Part shown: positions 37,279 through 51,590 of the stretch, in pieces
How positions within the stretch are numbered: position 1 is the first letter of the stretch
How the letters are laid out: each line of letters starts with the position of its first letter
DNA from: Chiloscyllium plagiosum
Lineage: Eukaryota
Direction of reading: 5' to 3'
Assembly (NCBI RefSeq): GCF_004010195.1
Contig: NC_057719.1
Coordinates: 45,302,423 to 45,366,422, forward strand
DNA: 64,000 bases
The notes under the pieces: model-generated
What the model was told of the DNA's origin: nothing
Database searches by the model: none
What the model saw: the letters and a program-made list of their open reading frames with translations, nothing else
Made by a program: the position numbers and the translations under genes

Positions 37279-38201
37279 TTCTTTTGAGCCTTCAGAAAGA
37301 TGTATAATCTATCCTTTTTTGGTTTAAAGTGGATGGTTACACATTTCCCTATGTTGGAAACCATTTGTCATAATTTTGCATTTCACTTAGTCGGCTAATC
37401 AATACTGCTTTGTAATTTTATGCTTCCATCCATACAGATTAGCATGCCACCTATCTTAAAGTTGTCAGTAAACTTCAATATATGGTTTTATATTCCCCAT
37501 TATCTACATTTTGAGCATTTCTAGCATGTTCTGTATTTATTATGCAAAGGAAAATTTAGATTTGGACCTATCAACACATCTTTGTCAGAATTGGATAGTT
37601 GAAGATTTTTTTAGCCACACAGATTGAAGCAAGGACCTTTTATGCTGTATGTAGAGAGAATAACTGGCAGCCTCTCATTGTGTGGTTTGTTTGAGACACA
37701 ATGCTCATTACTGAAACCATTCCTGGAGCATTAGACATCTACTTGATTATGACAAAGGTTCCTTGCATGCAAAGCTTCAGAGTTAACAGGAATCCCACAT
37801 CTGACTCTACCCTTGGTTCAAGAAGGCCACACCCATGTCAGTGGCAATATGAGTCATCATTGCCTTTTGTACAATCCCTGTGGAGACCAATCTATTATAA
37901 AAAGATCCATATTTTCATCCAACCAACATAAATAACTAAAAAAAGAGATTTCATCTCTTAAAACTGTGACAAACAAGCTGCATTCAGCATAAAACAAATA
38001 TTACTTAACAAATAATACAGCAACCTGAAGAAAAGGCACTCACAATAACTAACTAGAGCAACCAAAATAAGCTTTAAGAAACGTTTTTTTACCATTTCAC
38101 TCTATACCACGTTCTGTCCGGCATATATCATGATAGATTAAGTTCTAATTTCCTGCTGGCTTTCTAACAGCCTCCCTTCTTCCCTTCTATGCCAGATCAA
38201 A

Positions 38202-40723
38202 ACTGCAAAGGTGAAAAAATCATAATTGGAGTTATGTACAGACCTCCAAGTAGTAGTCAGGAGTTGTGGTGCAAGATATGCCACGAGATAGAAAAGGTCT
38301 GTAGGAAAAACAAAGCTACACTGATCATGGGGAATTTCAATATGCAGGCAGACTAGCAAAATCAGGTTGGTAGTGGATTGCAAGAAAATGAATTTGTGGA
38401 ATGTCCACAAGATGGCTTTTTGGAGCAGTTTGTGGTGGAGCCCACTAGGGAACAGGCAATACTGGATTTAGTGTTATGCAATCAGGCAGAGTTGGTAAGG
38501 GTGCTTAATGTTAAGGAACCCTTAGGAGGCAGTGATCACAATATGACTGAATTTACTGTGCAATTTGAGAGGGAGAAGCTAGAATCAGAGGTAACAGTAT
38601 TGAATAAAGGCAACTACAAAGGCATGAGGGAGGAGCTGGGTAGAATTGATTAGGAAGGGAGCCTAGCAGGAAAGAGAGTGGAACAGCAATGGCAGTAGTT
38701 TCTGGGAGTAATTCAGGAGATATAGCAGAGATTCATTCTGAGGAAAAAGAAGCAAGGTACAGGGAGGATGAGACAACCCTGGCTGACCAGGGAAGGCTGG
38801 GATAGGATAAAAACAAAAGAGAAAGCATATGATGTGGCGAAGGGCTGTAAGACCAACAGAGGACAACAAAAAAAGGAGGGAGAAGATTAAATATGAGGGT
38901 AAACTAATATGAGGATAATATAAAGGAAGACTGTAAGAGTTTCTTTAGATATATAAAGGGCAAAAAAAAGGCAAAAGTGGACATTTGGCTGGTGGAAAAT
39001 GACGCTGGAGGGACAACATTGTGGAACAAGGAAGTGGCTGAGGAACTGAATGATTACTTTTCGTCAGTCTTCTTGATGGAAAACATGAATAATATCCCAA
39101 AAATTGAAAAGAGTGAGGGGGCAGAACTAAGTATGGTAGCCATCACCAAGGAGAAGGTGTTAGAAAAACTGAATGGCCTGAAGGTGGATAAATCACCTGG
39201 ACAAGATGGACACACCTCAGAGTTCTAAGGGATCTCGCTGAAGAGATAGTGGAGGCGTTAGTGGTGATCTTTCAGGAATCACTAGAATCAGGGAGGGTCC
39301 CAGAGGACTGGAAAATCACTAATGTCCCCTGTTTATAAAGGGAGTAAAGCAAAAGACAGAAAATTACAGACTGATTAGCCTAACCACAGTTGTGGGTAAA
39401 ATCCTGGAATCCATTGTATAGTATGAGATTTCTGAATACTTGGAAGTGTATGGTAAACTAGGCAAAGTCAGCATGGTTTCATCAAGCAAGGTTATACCTG
39501 GTAAATCTGCTAGAATGTTTTGAGGAAGTAACAAGCAGATTAGACCAAGGGGAGCCAATGAATATTATCTACCTGCACTTCAAGAAGGCCTTTGACAAGG
39601 TGCCACACAGGGGTGTGCTGAGCAAGATAAGGACCTATGGTGTCACAGGCAAAATACTAGCATGGATGGAAGTTTGGCTGTCTGGCAGAAGGCAGAGAGT
39701 GGGGATAAAAGGGTCCTTCTCAGGATGGCAGCCAGTGACAAGTGGTACTCCACAAGGCTCAGTATTGGGACCACAACTTCTCACTTTATACATTAACGAT
39801 CTAGATGAAGGAACTGAGGGCACTCTGGCTAAGTTTGCAGATAATACAAAGCTAGGTAGAGGGACAGGTAATATTGAGGAGGCGGGGAGGCTGCAGGAGG
39901 GTTTGGACAGGTTAAGAGAGTGGACAAAGAAGTGGCAGATGGAGTACAATGTGGGAAAGTGTGAGGTCATGTACTTTGGTAGGAAGAATAGAGGCATGGA
40001 CTATTTTCTAAATAGGGAGAAAATTCAGAAGTCTAAAGTACAAAGGCACTTAGGAGTTCTAGTCCAGGATTCTTCAAGGTAAACTTACAGGCTGAATGCA
40101 TTATTTTGAGAGGACTTGAATATGAAAGCAGGGATGCACCTCTGAGGCTGTATAAGGTTCTGATCAGACTACATTTGGAGATTTGTATGCAGTCTTGTGC
40201 CCCATATCTCAGGAAGGATACACTGGCCCTGGAATGGGTTCAGAGGAGGTTCACGAGAATGGTCCCAGGAATGAAAAGCTTAACATATGAGGAACATTTG
40301 AGGGTCTGGGTTTATACACAATAAAGTTTAGAAAGATGAGGGGGATCTAATTGAAACATCCAGAAAACTGAATGGCCTGGACAGAGTAGATGTAGGAAAG
40401 ATGTTTCAATTGGCAGGAGAGACAAGGGCCCAAGGGCACATCCTTAGAGTAAAGGGAAGACATTTTAGAACAGAGATAAGGAGAAACTTCTTCAGCCAGA
40501 GAGTGGGGAATCTATGGAATTCATTGCCACAGAAGGCTGTGGAGGCCAGGTCATTGAGTACATTTAAGACTGAGATAGACATGTTCTACAGTACCAACTA
40601 GATCAATGGTTATGGTGAGAAAGTGGGAGAATGGAGTTGAGAAACTTATCAGCCGTGATTGAATAGCAGAGCAGACTCGATGGGCGGAATGGCCTAATTA
40701 CTGCTCCTATGTCTTACAGTCTT
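38202..40723 (+). mobile_element. CR1 LINE ORF2 (part of endonuclease plus RT) and 3' end
   Basis: PTREQAILDLVL..LGGSDHN, KKAFDKVPH, SGTPQGSVLGPQL, AKFADNTK; tail CTGCTCCTATGTCTTA. Confidence 0.92.
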
Positions 40724-40999
40724 ATGTCCTTTGAGTATTCCTAGCCTGAGTATTCTAGAACCAATAGAGGACAGCTGAGATACTTTGCTGAGCATCCTGG
40801 GAAAAGTTGGCACAGTCACCATGACCAAGCAGCAGAGTAAGGAAGAATCCAGTGTCAAGGAACAGTGAGCTCCAAACTTACATCACTGCAGTGTTTCCAT
40901 CCTTCCTTTTTCCTCCAACAAAGAAAAAGGAGAAGTTGAGATAATCTGTTCAGAAGTTAGTGGTAGTCCAGGAGGTATTTGATCTGCTTGTAAAGATTG

Positions 41000-42210
41000 C
41001 ATTTTCATTTAAGGAACCAGTCAGTGCAGCTAGTTGATATAAATGTGGGCTTAGGTGAATACTGGACTTCAGTGAGTAAGGCAAGCAAGATAAGGCAAGG
41101 TAAGATTTTTAAATCTTTCTTAGTGTAAAGGGGCAGAGATGGTAAAGGGGGCAGTGGTGTACTCCTTCTGCCAGATGTTGGGAGATCAGTGAGCAGTCTA
41201 GTGTCCCTGGCACCTATGTCTGTAGGAAAGTGTGACTGGCTGCAGCTCCTCAAAGCCTGGGTGGTATGGTTGGAGAGGCAGTTGGACACACTAAGGAGCA
41301 TACAGGGGACAGAGAGTGTGGTAGACACTAGTTACAGGGAGGTGCTCACACCACAGGTTTAGTCAGGTAGATGGGTGACTGCCAGAGAGGCAGGCAGGTA
41401 GTGCAGGAGTCTCCTGTGGCAATTCCCCTCTCTAACCGGTATACCGTTTTGGATTCCGTTGGGAAGGATAGCCTCTCAGGGGAATTCAACAGCAGCAGCC
41501 AGGCCTGTTGCACCACAACTGGCTCTACGGTAGAGCAGGGTCGGGCAAGATCCAAGCAAGTGAGAGTGGTTGGAGACTCGCTAATTCAGGGCATAGACAG
41601 GAGTTTCTGTGGCCGCATTTGAGACTCCAGGATGGTGTGTTGTCAAGGCATCTTTGAGCAGTTGCATGAAATTCTTAAGGAGGAGGGTGAGCAGCAGAGG
41701 TCATGGTACACATTGGTACCAACAATATAGGTAGAAAGAGGGATGAGGTCCTTCAGAATGAATACAGGGAGTTAGGAAAGAGGCTGTAGGGCAGGACTCC
41801 GAGGTAGTAATCTCTGGGTTACTGCCAGTGCCACCTGCTAGTGAGGCAAGGAATAGTAAGATAGGAGAGATGAATGCGTGGCTAAAGAGGTTGTGCAGGG
41901 TGCAGGGTTTCAGGTTCTTGGATCATTGGGACCTGTTCTGGGACAGTGGTGACCTGTGCAAGAGCGACGGGGAACCAGTGTCCTCACAGGGAGGTATGCT
42001 AGTGCTACTCGGGAGGGTTTCAACTAGAGTGGCAGGGAGTTGCGAACCAGAGCAGCCGGTCAGCAAGTGGATGCATTGAGGGGAAGGTAGGTATTCAGAA
42101 AGAAAGGACAGGTAGACACAGGTGAATGAACACGATGGTACTAATGGGCTGAAGTGTGTTCATTTCACCGCTAGGAGTATTATAGGTAAGTCAGATGAGC
42201 TTACAGCATA
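41000..42210 (+). mobile_element. CR1 5' part: ORF1 (Cys-rich N-terminus and SGNH esterase) into the ORF2 start
   Basis: IPLSNRYTVL, VVGDSLIQGIDRSFCG, HIGTNN, NAWLKRLCR..GFRFLDHW. Confidence 0.85.
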
Positions 42211-42544
42211 CCACCTGCCCTGCTTCTCTCTCTGACATTAGGCACTCACTGGCCCTGCTCCGAACTAAAAGGCACCTTCCATCACAATTGGACCTGCTGG
42301 GTTTAGAGATCAGACCCCCGTATCCCACCACCACAAATGATCAGAGTGCCTTTCATTCACCCTATCTTGGATTGCTCTGGAACCTGTAAAAACATCTTCA
42401 TTAAGAGTAAAGAAAACACATCCCCTGTTGGAAATTGGGGTGCCTTTTAAAATTGTGTTCTTTTAGTATTCCATATTTAGTATTTTCCGTGTAGCATGAG
42501 ACCTCAGTTAACTGTTTTAGAGTAATAGCTAGCCCTTGACAAGT

Positions 42545-43555
42545 CATAGAGACATAGAGATGTACAGCATGGAAACAGACTCTTCGGTCCAACCCGTTCA
42601 TGCTGACCAGATAAATCAACCCAATCTAGTCCCCCCTGCCAGCACCCAGCCCATATCCCTCCAAACCTTTCCTTTTCAAATACCCATCCAAATGCCTCTT
42701 AAATGTTGCAATTGTACCAGCCTCCACCACTTCCTCTGGCAGCTCATTCCATACATGTACCTTCCTCGGTGTGAAAAAGTTGCCCCCTTAGGTCTCTTTT
42801 ATATCTTTCCCCTCTCACCCTAAACCTATGCCCTCTGGTTCTTGACTTCCCGATCCCAGGGGAAAGACTTTGCCTATTTACCTATCCATGCACCTCATAA
42901 TTTTGTAAACCTCTATAAGGTCACCCCTCAGCCTCCAACGCTCCAGGGAAAACAGCCCCAGCCTGTTCAGCCTCACCCTGTAGCTCAAATCCTCCAACCC
43001 TGGCAACACCCTTGAAAGGGTTCAGAAAAGATTTACAAGTTTCACAACATCTTTCCGATAGGAAGGAGTCCAGATTTGCACGCAATTTTCCAACAGTGGC
43101 CTAACCAATATCCTGTACAGCCGCAACATGACCTCCCAACTCCTGTACTCAATACTCTGACCAATAAAGAAAAGCATAACAAATGCCTTCTTCACTATCC
43201 TATCTACCTGCAACTCCACTTTCAAGGAGCTATGAACCTGCACTCCAAGGTCTTTTTGTTCAGCAACACTCCCCAAGACCTTACCATTAAGTATATAAGT
43301 CCTGCTAAGATTTGCTTTCCCAAAATGGAGCACCTTGCATTTATCTGAATTAAACTCCATCTGCCACTTCTCAGCCCATTGGCCCATCTGGTCAAGATCC
43401 TATTGTAATCTGAGGTAGTCCTCTTGTTGTCCATTACACCTCCAATTTTGGTGTCATCTGCAAACTTACTAACTGTACCTCTTATGCTCGCAACCAAATC
43501 ATTTATGTAAATGACAAAAAGATCCTTGTGGCACTCCACTGGTCACAGGCCTGAT
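42545..43555 (-). mobile_element. CR1 (HER1-like) LINE 3' part
   Basis: SKFADDTKIGG, WAEKWQMEFN..KCKVLHFG, LYRILVRPLLE. Confidence 0.92.
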
Positions 43556-43734
43556 TCCAGGCCAGACATGATTCCAGGCTAGTATGTTGCCTGCTTCTGG
43601 GAACAAGAATGCTACTGGGGACAACAAGAATATTCTGAAGAGAGGGGCAAAACAGCCAGTGATATGCTTATATCGGTATCAACAGCTCAGACTGAAAGAG
43701 GGATGAGATCCAACAGGGAGAGTGCAGAGAGGTA

Positions 43735-44052
43735 GAATCATAAAATCCCTATAGTATAGAAAGAGGCCATTTGACCAATTGAGTTTTCACCGACCCTCCA
43801 AAGAGCATCGGAACCCTATCCCCATAACCCCACATTTATCATGGCTGCACATCCCTAGATACTATGGACAATTTTAGCATAGCTAATCCACCTAACCTGC
43901 ATATCTTTGGACAGTTGGAGGAAACCAAAGTATCGAGCAGAAGCCCATGCAGACACAGGGACAATGTGCAAATTCCATGCTAACAGTTGCCAAAGGCTGG
44001 AATTGAACCCAGGTCCCTGGTAGCAGTGCTAACCACTGAACCACAATGCCTC
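43735..44052 (-). mobile_element. HE1-like SINE (older) inserted in a CR1 esterase remnant (about 43560-44160)
   Basis: Diverged V-domain and tRNA head in reverse. Confidence 0.8.
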
Positions 44053-44284
44053 ACAGATGGGAAAACATTAACAAGCAGAACATTGAAATTACTATCTCTG
44101 GATTGCTCGCCCTACCACTTCCTAATAAGTTTAGAAGTAGGAGAATAAATTAAAGCTCGTGGTATCCAAGGCAAAATCACAAGTTGAGTCCAAATTTAAT
44201 GTAATGACCAGTAGGATAGGGCAATGGTTGACTTATGATTTTTCTGATTGAAAAGCTTTTTCTAGTGAGTTTTTTTTTGACAAG

Positions 44285-45020
44285 TAGTGTTTTTTGACTG
44301 GATGACCACTTTGTGTAACACCTCTGTTCAGTCCATGATCCCCCAAGCTTCCATTGGCCTAACCTTTCAATTGTCCCCAACTCATACACTGACATCTCTG
44401 TCCTCAGAGATTTCCAGTGAAGTTCAACTCCAACTCCAAGAACTTTATCCTTTGATTAGGTCCTTTTCAGCCAGCTAGGCTGAGTTCAACAATTTTTGAT
44501 CATTAACTCGTCCCCCAAGAACAACCTCCACTTTAATTTCTGATGAAGAGTCACCAGACTTGAAACATTAACTCTGTTCTCTCCCCTAAGATGCTGCCAG
44601 ACCTGCTGAGTTTCTCCAGCAATTTCTGTTTTTGTTTCAGATTTTCAATTCCTTGCTTTATATTAGCCCAATAAATTTTGTCCCTTTCTTTTAGCAGGTT
44701 TTGGTCCAACATAATTCTTGCTGGTCACTGGTCATTAATCTGCCATTCACACCCCTGGGCTCAACCTTTCTTTCTTTTCTTATCCTACTGGTACTCCCTT
44801 TGTCTCTGCCCCACAAACTGTTTCGTCAATTAATGTCACTGATTTTCTTCCTTCCCTCAGATCATACCTCTTGTGTTTTTCCAGTCTTCTCCAATCAACC
44901 TCCTTAACAGGTATTACATTCCTAAACTTATCTGTTCTGAAGAAAGGTCATTACCTAGAGTGTTAACGTTTCTCTCTCCTTCGATGCCCAGACCTGTGCA
45001 GTATTTCCAAAACTTGTCCT
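44285..45020 (+). mobile_element. Decayed Penelope-like 3' end with two tandem terminal repeats
   Basis: GIY-YIG C-terminal remnant (DHFV.HLCSV; FIL*LGPFQP); cores CTGATGA..GAAAC at 44540 and CTGAAGA at 44937, each followed by a similar TCTCTCC..AGATGC..CCAGACCTG segment. Confidence 0.65.
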
Positions 45021-46499
45021 TTTAATCCACTGTCTTGGAATGAGTGGTCAGTTGCCTGGCCAAAGTTAAATACCCACACATGTCTTTTTAAACATCTGAT
45101 TTTATTGTCTGTTTTCAAGACATTTATGATGATCATCAAAATGTCTACAATCAAAGCTTCAATTTCTTTCACAAGACAAGCCTCTTATTAATATACAACA
45201 AGATAAAACAGTGCATCCAATTGCTTAAAACAATTAAAACAAACAATAAACTAAAAGATTTAAATTCCAAAGCTACTCTTGTACTTTTCTAATCCCTATC
45301 CAAAGCATTTGAGTTCTGATGGAGTGTGGAAAGGGAGTTTATAAGCGTACTATACTGATCTCTACTAATTCAAACCTCCAGTTTTCTAAATCTCCCTGGA
45401 GACAATTTGCCTTTCTAAACAGACATTTGGCTACTTACTGACTGTAATGCCTTGCACAATGTTAGTGCTTACAGGATGCCAATGTTTTGTACTGTTTGAT
45501 AAGTTTGTTACTTTTTCCTGAAAGAGTAATAGAGAGTTGTATTAAGTTTTTAAATTTTACTGTAAAGCTCATCCGCTGAGTAAATGTACACCTGAGCTGT
45601 TGTTTACCAGGTTTGGAGATATTAAGAAGAGAAATCTTGCTTTGATGGAATTCCTTACTTATTTTGTCAAGTTGAGAAAGGTCTGGAATGGAGCCACACA
45701 GTCCAGGAAGGTCCCAAGGATGATTCATACATTGAACTGAATTAGCTGATCTTAACCAGGATCCACAATTGACTATAGATTCCTGGTTATGTGAAGAAAA
45801 ACTGAGATAATCGCACCTACATTTTTATTTTCTATATTTCCATATTTCATATAACATATTAAATATATCATCTTTCACCTCTTAGGGTTTTGCAGAAGAG
45901 CATTGGAATTCTCCCAGCTGTCTTGACCAATCAACAATCAACCTGACTGATACAAAACTGATACGATTAATTGGTTCACTCTTGCATTGCTGTTTGTGAA
46001 AGACAGTCATAGTTACTCCTGCCATTTACCTTGCCTTATTGAATTTCTTCACTTTGACTGGGCAGAACTCACAGCACATCAACACTCACCTGCAGCCTTT
46101 GTGGCACTTTGTTTTCATTAAACAGTCAGATTCCCCTGATCCTCACCAGCTGCTAAGTGCCAGTTGAGGCTGCCATGGAAGGACAACAGGCACCAGAGTT
46201 GAAGTAATCCACAGGAAGGGTTAGCACACATCCAGAGTCACCACTGGCCCCTGGAAAGGCACAGCATCTCATCCAGTTGTGGCACATGCCCAGCCCTGCT
46301 TCTCATTCCAGCCTGACCAACCCAGCCATTAGAGCAAATCCTTATTCCAAAGTTATTGACCTGACTTGCCAAAGCTTGCCGTGTGGAAATTAACTGTCAT
46401 GTTTCCTACTTCATGACAATGACTACACCGCAAAAGGTTGTGAAGTGCTTTGGGTCATCCCAAATTTGAAGTTGTGAAGGATGCTATAAAAATGCAAAG

Positions 46500-49400
46500 C
46501 ATGTGGGCAAAAGTTTTCTCTCCATAGGTTACAAGTCTTTGTAACTCCCTTCCTCAGTGGAAGTGCAGCTATTGAATATTTTTAATGCAGAGGTAAAGAG
46601 TGACTAATAATGAAGTCAAAGGTTGTCGGAAATAAGTTAGAATGTAGAGTTCAGGCCACAGTCAGATCAGCCATGAACCTTTTGAAGGTTGGGCAGGCTT
46701 AAGATTTATGAAGATTTGAGACAGCAGCAGAATCAGGCCATTTGGCACTTTGACCTTTCACTCCATTCATCTAAGTCATTGACATAAATTGTAAAAAAAC
46801 GAGGTCCCAGCACAGACCTCTGTGGGTCTCCATGCTGTCATTGTCACACACTGCCAATCAGCCAAAGACCCATTGATGCATGCTTTTTGCCAGCCAGCTA
46901 ATCTTCTGTCCATGTTAATATGTTCCTCCCTATACTATGAGTTTTCCTTTTGCACAATAAGGTTGATGCGACAACCGCCTGACCTGCTGTACTTTTCCAG
47001 TACTACTCTAATCTTGAACCTTATCAAATGCCTTCTGGAAATACAAGAAAAGTATCTTAACAGGCTCCCCTTTATTCATAAAATATGTCACTTCTTCAAA
47101 GAACTCAAACTGTTACAAATAATTTCCCTTTCACAAAACCATCTTTTGATTGTTTTATTTTTTCCAAATGCCCAGTTATAATATCCGTAAAGATTGATTT
47201 GAGCATTTTTCCCATGACAGACAGCGGGCCAACTGGCCTATAGTTTCCTGCTTTTTGTCCCCTTCCCTTCTTTAGTAGAGAACTTATATTTGCTATTTTC
47301 CAACCTAATCAAACCTTTCCAGAATTTTGGAAAATTAACATGAACACATTTACTACCTCAGTCACTACTTCCTTTAAGACCCCAGGATGAACTGGATCAT
47401 CTGGACCATCTTCACATTTTCTAGAGGATGGACACTTACTTTTCCTTTTTAAGTACCTGTAGAATGTCTTGCTATCTGTTTTTAAATTTCTACTGAGCTT
47501 CCTTTCTCACAAGATTGTTGTCCTCCTAATCAGCATTGTAATCATTCTCTGGTATTCTTTATATTTTTAGCAATCATATGACCTGACACTCATCATTGTG
47601 CATTTAGCTGCATATTCCTTAAGATTGATGCTTTCCCAGACTTTAGTTAATCATGGAAGGTGGGTTCTCCCTTCAGAAAATCTATTTAAAACAAGAACAT
47701 ATTTATTCTGAGTATTCTAAAATCTTGAGTAATCAATCTCTTGGCCTAGTATGACATTTCACTCCAACTAGCTCAGCTTTCTTCCCTACATAGTTACCCT
47801 TAATTAAGGTTAAAATTTCAGCCTTAGATCTGATCTTTTCCTTTCAAACTGGATGTAAAATTTTAAACATATTGTGATCACTGCAATCGAAAGATGTTTT
47901 TACGCTGAAGTTATTAATTAATTCTGTCATGTTACACATTATCAAGTCTAAAATAATCTGTTCTCCAATAGTTTATTGGAGCAGCACATTCAAGAACCAA
48001 TCTTGAAAGGCTTTTACAAACTCCTGATTCAAGCTTATACCATTTATCTAATTTTTCCAGTTTGTATGTAGATTAAAGTCATCCATGATTAGAGTTGCCC
48101 TTTATCATAAGCATTCATTATTCTTCCTTGTATATTTTTGTCCTATATTGTGGTTATTGTTCAGGGATCTGTAGACCACTCCAACTAGTAACTTCTTTCC
48201 TCTGGTATTCCCCATCTCCGCCCAAAGTAATTCTATGTCCTGATCTTTTGACCAAAGATCATATCTAACTATTGTACAATTCCATACTGGATTACCATCT
48301 TTATTCCATTTCCTATTAATCTCAACCAAAAAATAAGAGCAAGAATTAGCCATTTAACCCATTCAGCCTAATCCACTATTCAGTATGATCATGGTTGATC
48401 CTTTATCTCGATGCCAGACTCTTGCTCTGTCCCTGTACCCCTTGACATCTTTAACCTTTAGAATTCCATACATATCCTTCTTAAATATATTCAGTTACTT
48501 GACTTCCACCGCCTTCTCTGGTAAAGAATTCTATAGGGTCACCACCCTCTGAATGAAGGAAATTTTACTTATCGCATTTCAAAATGGTCTACCCTGTATC
48601 CTGGGACTACCAGCTAGGTGAAAAAAAATCACTGTATCCAGTCTGTTCATCCCTCTCAGCTTTGCATGCATTTCAATAAGATGCCCTCACATTCTTCAAA
48701 ATTTCCAGTGAATACAAGCTTTGTCACCCCAGTCTCTCCTCATTTGACAAATCTTCCATCCCAGTAAACAGCCTGATTAAACTTTGCTTAACTCTCTTAA
48801 CATAATACTCTCAGTGTGGTCTCACCAAGACCCTATCCAGATACAGCAAGACATCCTTATCCTGTACTCAACACCTTTGCAACAAAGACCAATAGACCAT
48901 TTCTCATCCTAACTGCTTACTGCACCAGCAAGCTTGCATTCAATGATTGATGTACAAAAGCACCAAGATACCTTTGTATATCAACGTTTCCCAATTTTTC
49001 ATCATTTAATGAAAACTGCAAATCTTGGCGATCACAGCAGGTCAGGCAAGCTAACATTTTGAGTCTAGATGACTCTTCATCAGAGCTCTCTTTCTATGAA
49101 TGCTGTCTGACCTGCTGTGATCTCCAGCATTTGTTGCTTTCAGATTCCAGCATCTGCAGTAATTTACTCTATCACTTAAATAATACTCTGCTACTCTGAT
49201 TACCTACCAAAGTGAATAACTTCAACTTATCCATGTTATACTGTCTGTCATATATTTGTCCACTCACTCAACCTTTCTGAATTTCCCTGACCACTCACTA
49301 TTACTCCTAGTTTTGTGTCATCAGCAAATTTGGAATTGTTATATTTAATTCCTTCATCTAAACCATTAATATTTATTATGAATATCGTGAATCTTACACT

Positions 49401-49660
49401 GCTGCTGTCTGTGTCTCCTTACCAGCCTCGCTCATGATCACACCCTGAATACTGGCCACATTAGAAGACCCTAAATGGTGTGACATATTCCTGGTACAAG
49501 GAATCCAGGTACTAACCCCCTCCCTGATGCATTGCAATGTTTGTGGTTCAACCTCCAGTACTTGATGTGAGTCAAAACTTCTTGTACTGCCCTTGTGTTT
49601 GTTCTGGATCATACTGGTATCAAGGAGTTCCCACATGTTGCAGTCTTAACACACCAGCTA
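46500..49660. mobile_element. Cluster of old CR1 fragments (mostly minus), with a PLE terminal insert at about 49015-49170
   Basis: Reverse-strand RT and endonuclease remnants (e.g. LLVGVVYRS in ORF 48105-48353); CR1 tails at about 46700 and 48340. Confidence 0.7.
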
Positions 49661-50519
49661 TCATCCCATCCTTAGAGAGTTTAAACTAATGACCACCAAT
49701 TTGTGTACTATTTTAAAATCTAAGGAGAGAATAGCCTTTAGCCACTTACTAGGTACTCAGCAAGTGTCTTTTCCTGTAGTAATGCAAGCATCAACTCCTA
49801 TTGAGCGAGAAGGGTTGAAAAGTAAAAGCAAAAGGAAACAATGTTTTCTTACCCTTTCACTGAATTATCCACATGCCAAATTCTCAAATTTGCATTCAAA
49901 TTTTTCAACTGCATCAGTCTACACACTCCTGCTCCTAATTTGTAAATTGGAATGCTCAAACGAAAGTCATTCATTTTTGGCTAATTATGACCCAATAGCC
50001 TATGTCTGAAAGTGAGTAATTACATTAGGTAATTGGGTTGAACTGCCTAGTCTAACAGCCTACAAATGTTTATTGTCTAGTTTCATTCAGTAAGAGTATC
50101 AAATGAGATGAGTTAGCAGAGTCCATAGCCATTTTTACAACAATAGCATGAGTTAGTGGGGTAGATTTCCTTAAAGCTACTCGTGTATCACCACAAGAAA
50201 TTTGGCAGAATACAATTCTGCTTACATTTACAACAGAAAAACCAGAGAACCTGTGTTGAGGTTATAATAGCAGAAGCCCTGAAGAAATTTATCCTTTTGA
50301 ATTCTGATCAGGGGATGTTACTGGGAAAAAAATTGATGGGAACACATTCTCAGAAAGAAAACAAAGAATTAGCCTCAGTTTGATATACAATATGGGATTT
50401 CAGAAAGAAATTCCGACAGATTAAGTCAGAAATTCATGAGTTTAATTCTAGTGTCAAGACAAGGTCTTAAGAAAACAGCTGAATACCTTATACAATATCT
50501 TATATTAATATCATATATC

Positions 50520-51590
50520 GTATGCATTTGGAGAGGCAAGAAATGATTAGGGAGAGTCAGCAAGGGAAATCGAGTCACACAACTTGATTGAGTTTTTTGG
50601 GGAAGTTACCAAGAAGATTGGTGAAGGCAGAGCATTAGAGGTTGTTTATTTAGACTTTAGTAAAGCCTTTGACAGGTTTTATATGGTCGACTAATTAGTA
50701 AAGTCAGATCACAGGGTGAGCTTGTCAGTTGGATACAAAATTGGCTTTACTGGTAGGAGACAGAGAGTGATGGTGGAGGGTTGTGTTTTGGTCTGGTGAC
50801 CTGTGACCAACAGTGTTCCACAGGGATTAAGAATATAGACAACATAGTTAGTAAGTTTGCAGATGACACCAAGATTGGTGGTATGGTAGGGACATTGAAG
50901 AATGTTATCTAAAATTACAAAGAGATCTTGATTAATTGGGTCAATGGGCTGAAAAGTGGCAGATGGAGTTTAATTTGGATAATCAAATGTGAGGTATTGC
51001 AGTTTGGTAAATCAAACGAAGGCAAGACCTGTACAATTAAAATTGACGTTTCGGGTAAAAACTCTTCATCATGAAGGCCTTTCTGATGAAGGGCTTTTGC
51101 CTGAAATGTCAATTTTGCTGCTCTTTGGATGCTGCCTGACCTGCTGTGCTTTTCCAGCATCACACTCTCTAATCTTGACTCTAATCTTCAGCATCTGTAG
51201 TACCCACTTTCGCCTTATACAATTAAAAGTAAGGCTTTGGATCGTGTAATAGAACACAGAGGCCTAAGGGTTCAGTTACATAATTCTTTGAAGTTTGCAT
51301 CAAATACAGATAGGGTGGTTAAGAAGACATTTAGCATGCTTGCCTTCATTGTTCAGACTTTTGAGTATAAGAGTCGGGCCCTTATGTTGAAGTTGTAGAG
51401 GGCATTGGTGAGGTCTCTTCTGGAATACTCTGTGTAGTTCTGGATTCCTTGTTATCGGAAAGATATTATTAGGCTGGAGAAGGTTCAGAGAGATTTACCG
51501 GAATGTTGCCGGGAATGGAAGGTTTAGGTTATGAGGCTGGATAGGCTAGGATTTCTTTCACTGGAACATACAAGGTTGAGAGATGACTAA
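50520..51590 (+). mobile_element. CR1 RT fragment
   Basis: YLDFSKAFD, SKFADDTKIGG, WAEKWQMEFN remnants. Confidence 0.85.
51043..51217 (+). mobile_element. Short PLE-derived insertion with 11-nt TSD
   Basis: TACAATTAAAA repeated at 51032-51042 and 51218-51228; interrupts the CR1 RT; inverted hammerhead-like cores. Confidence 0.85.
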
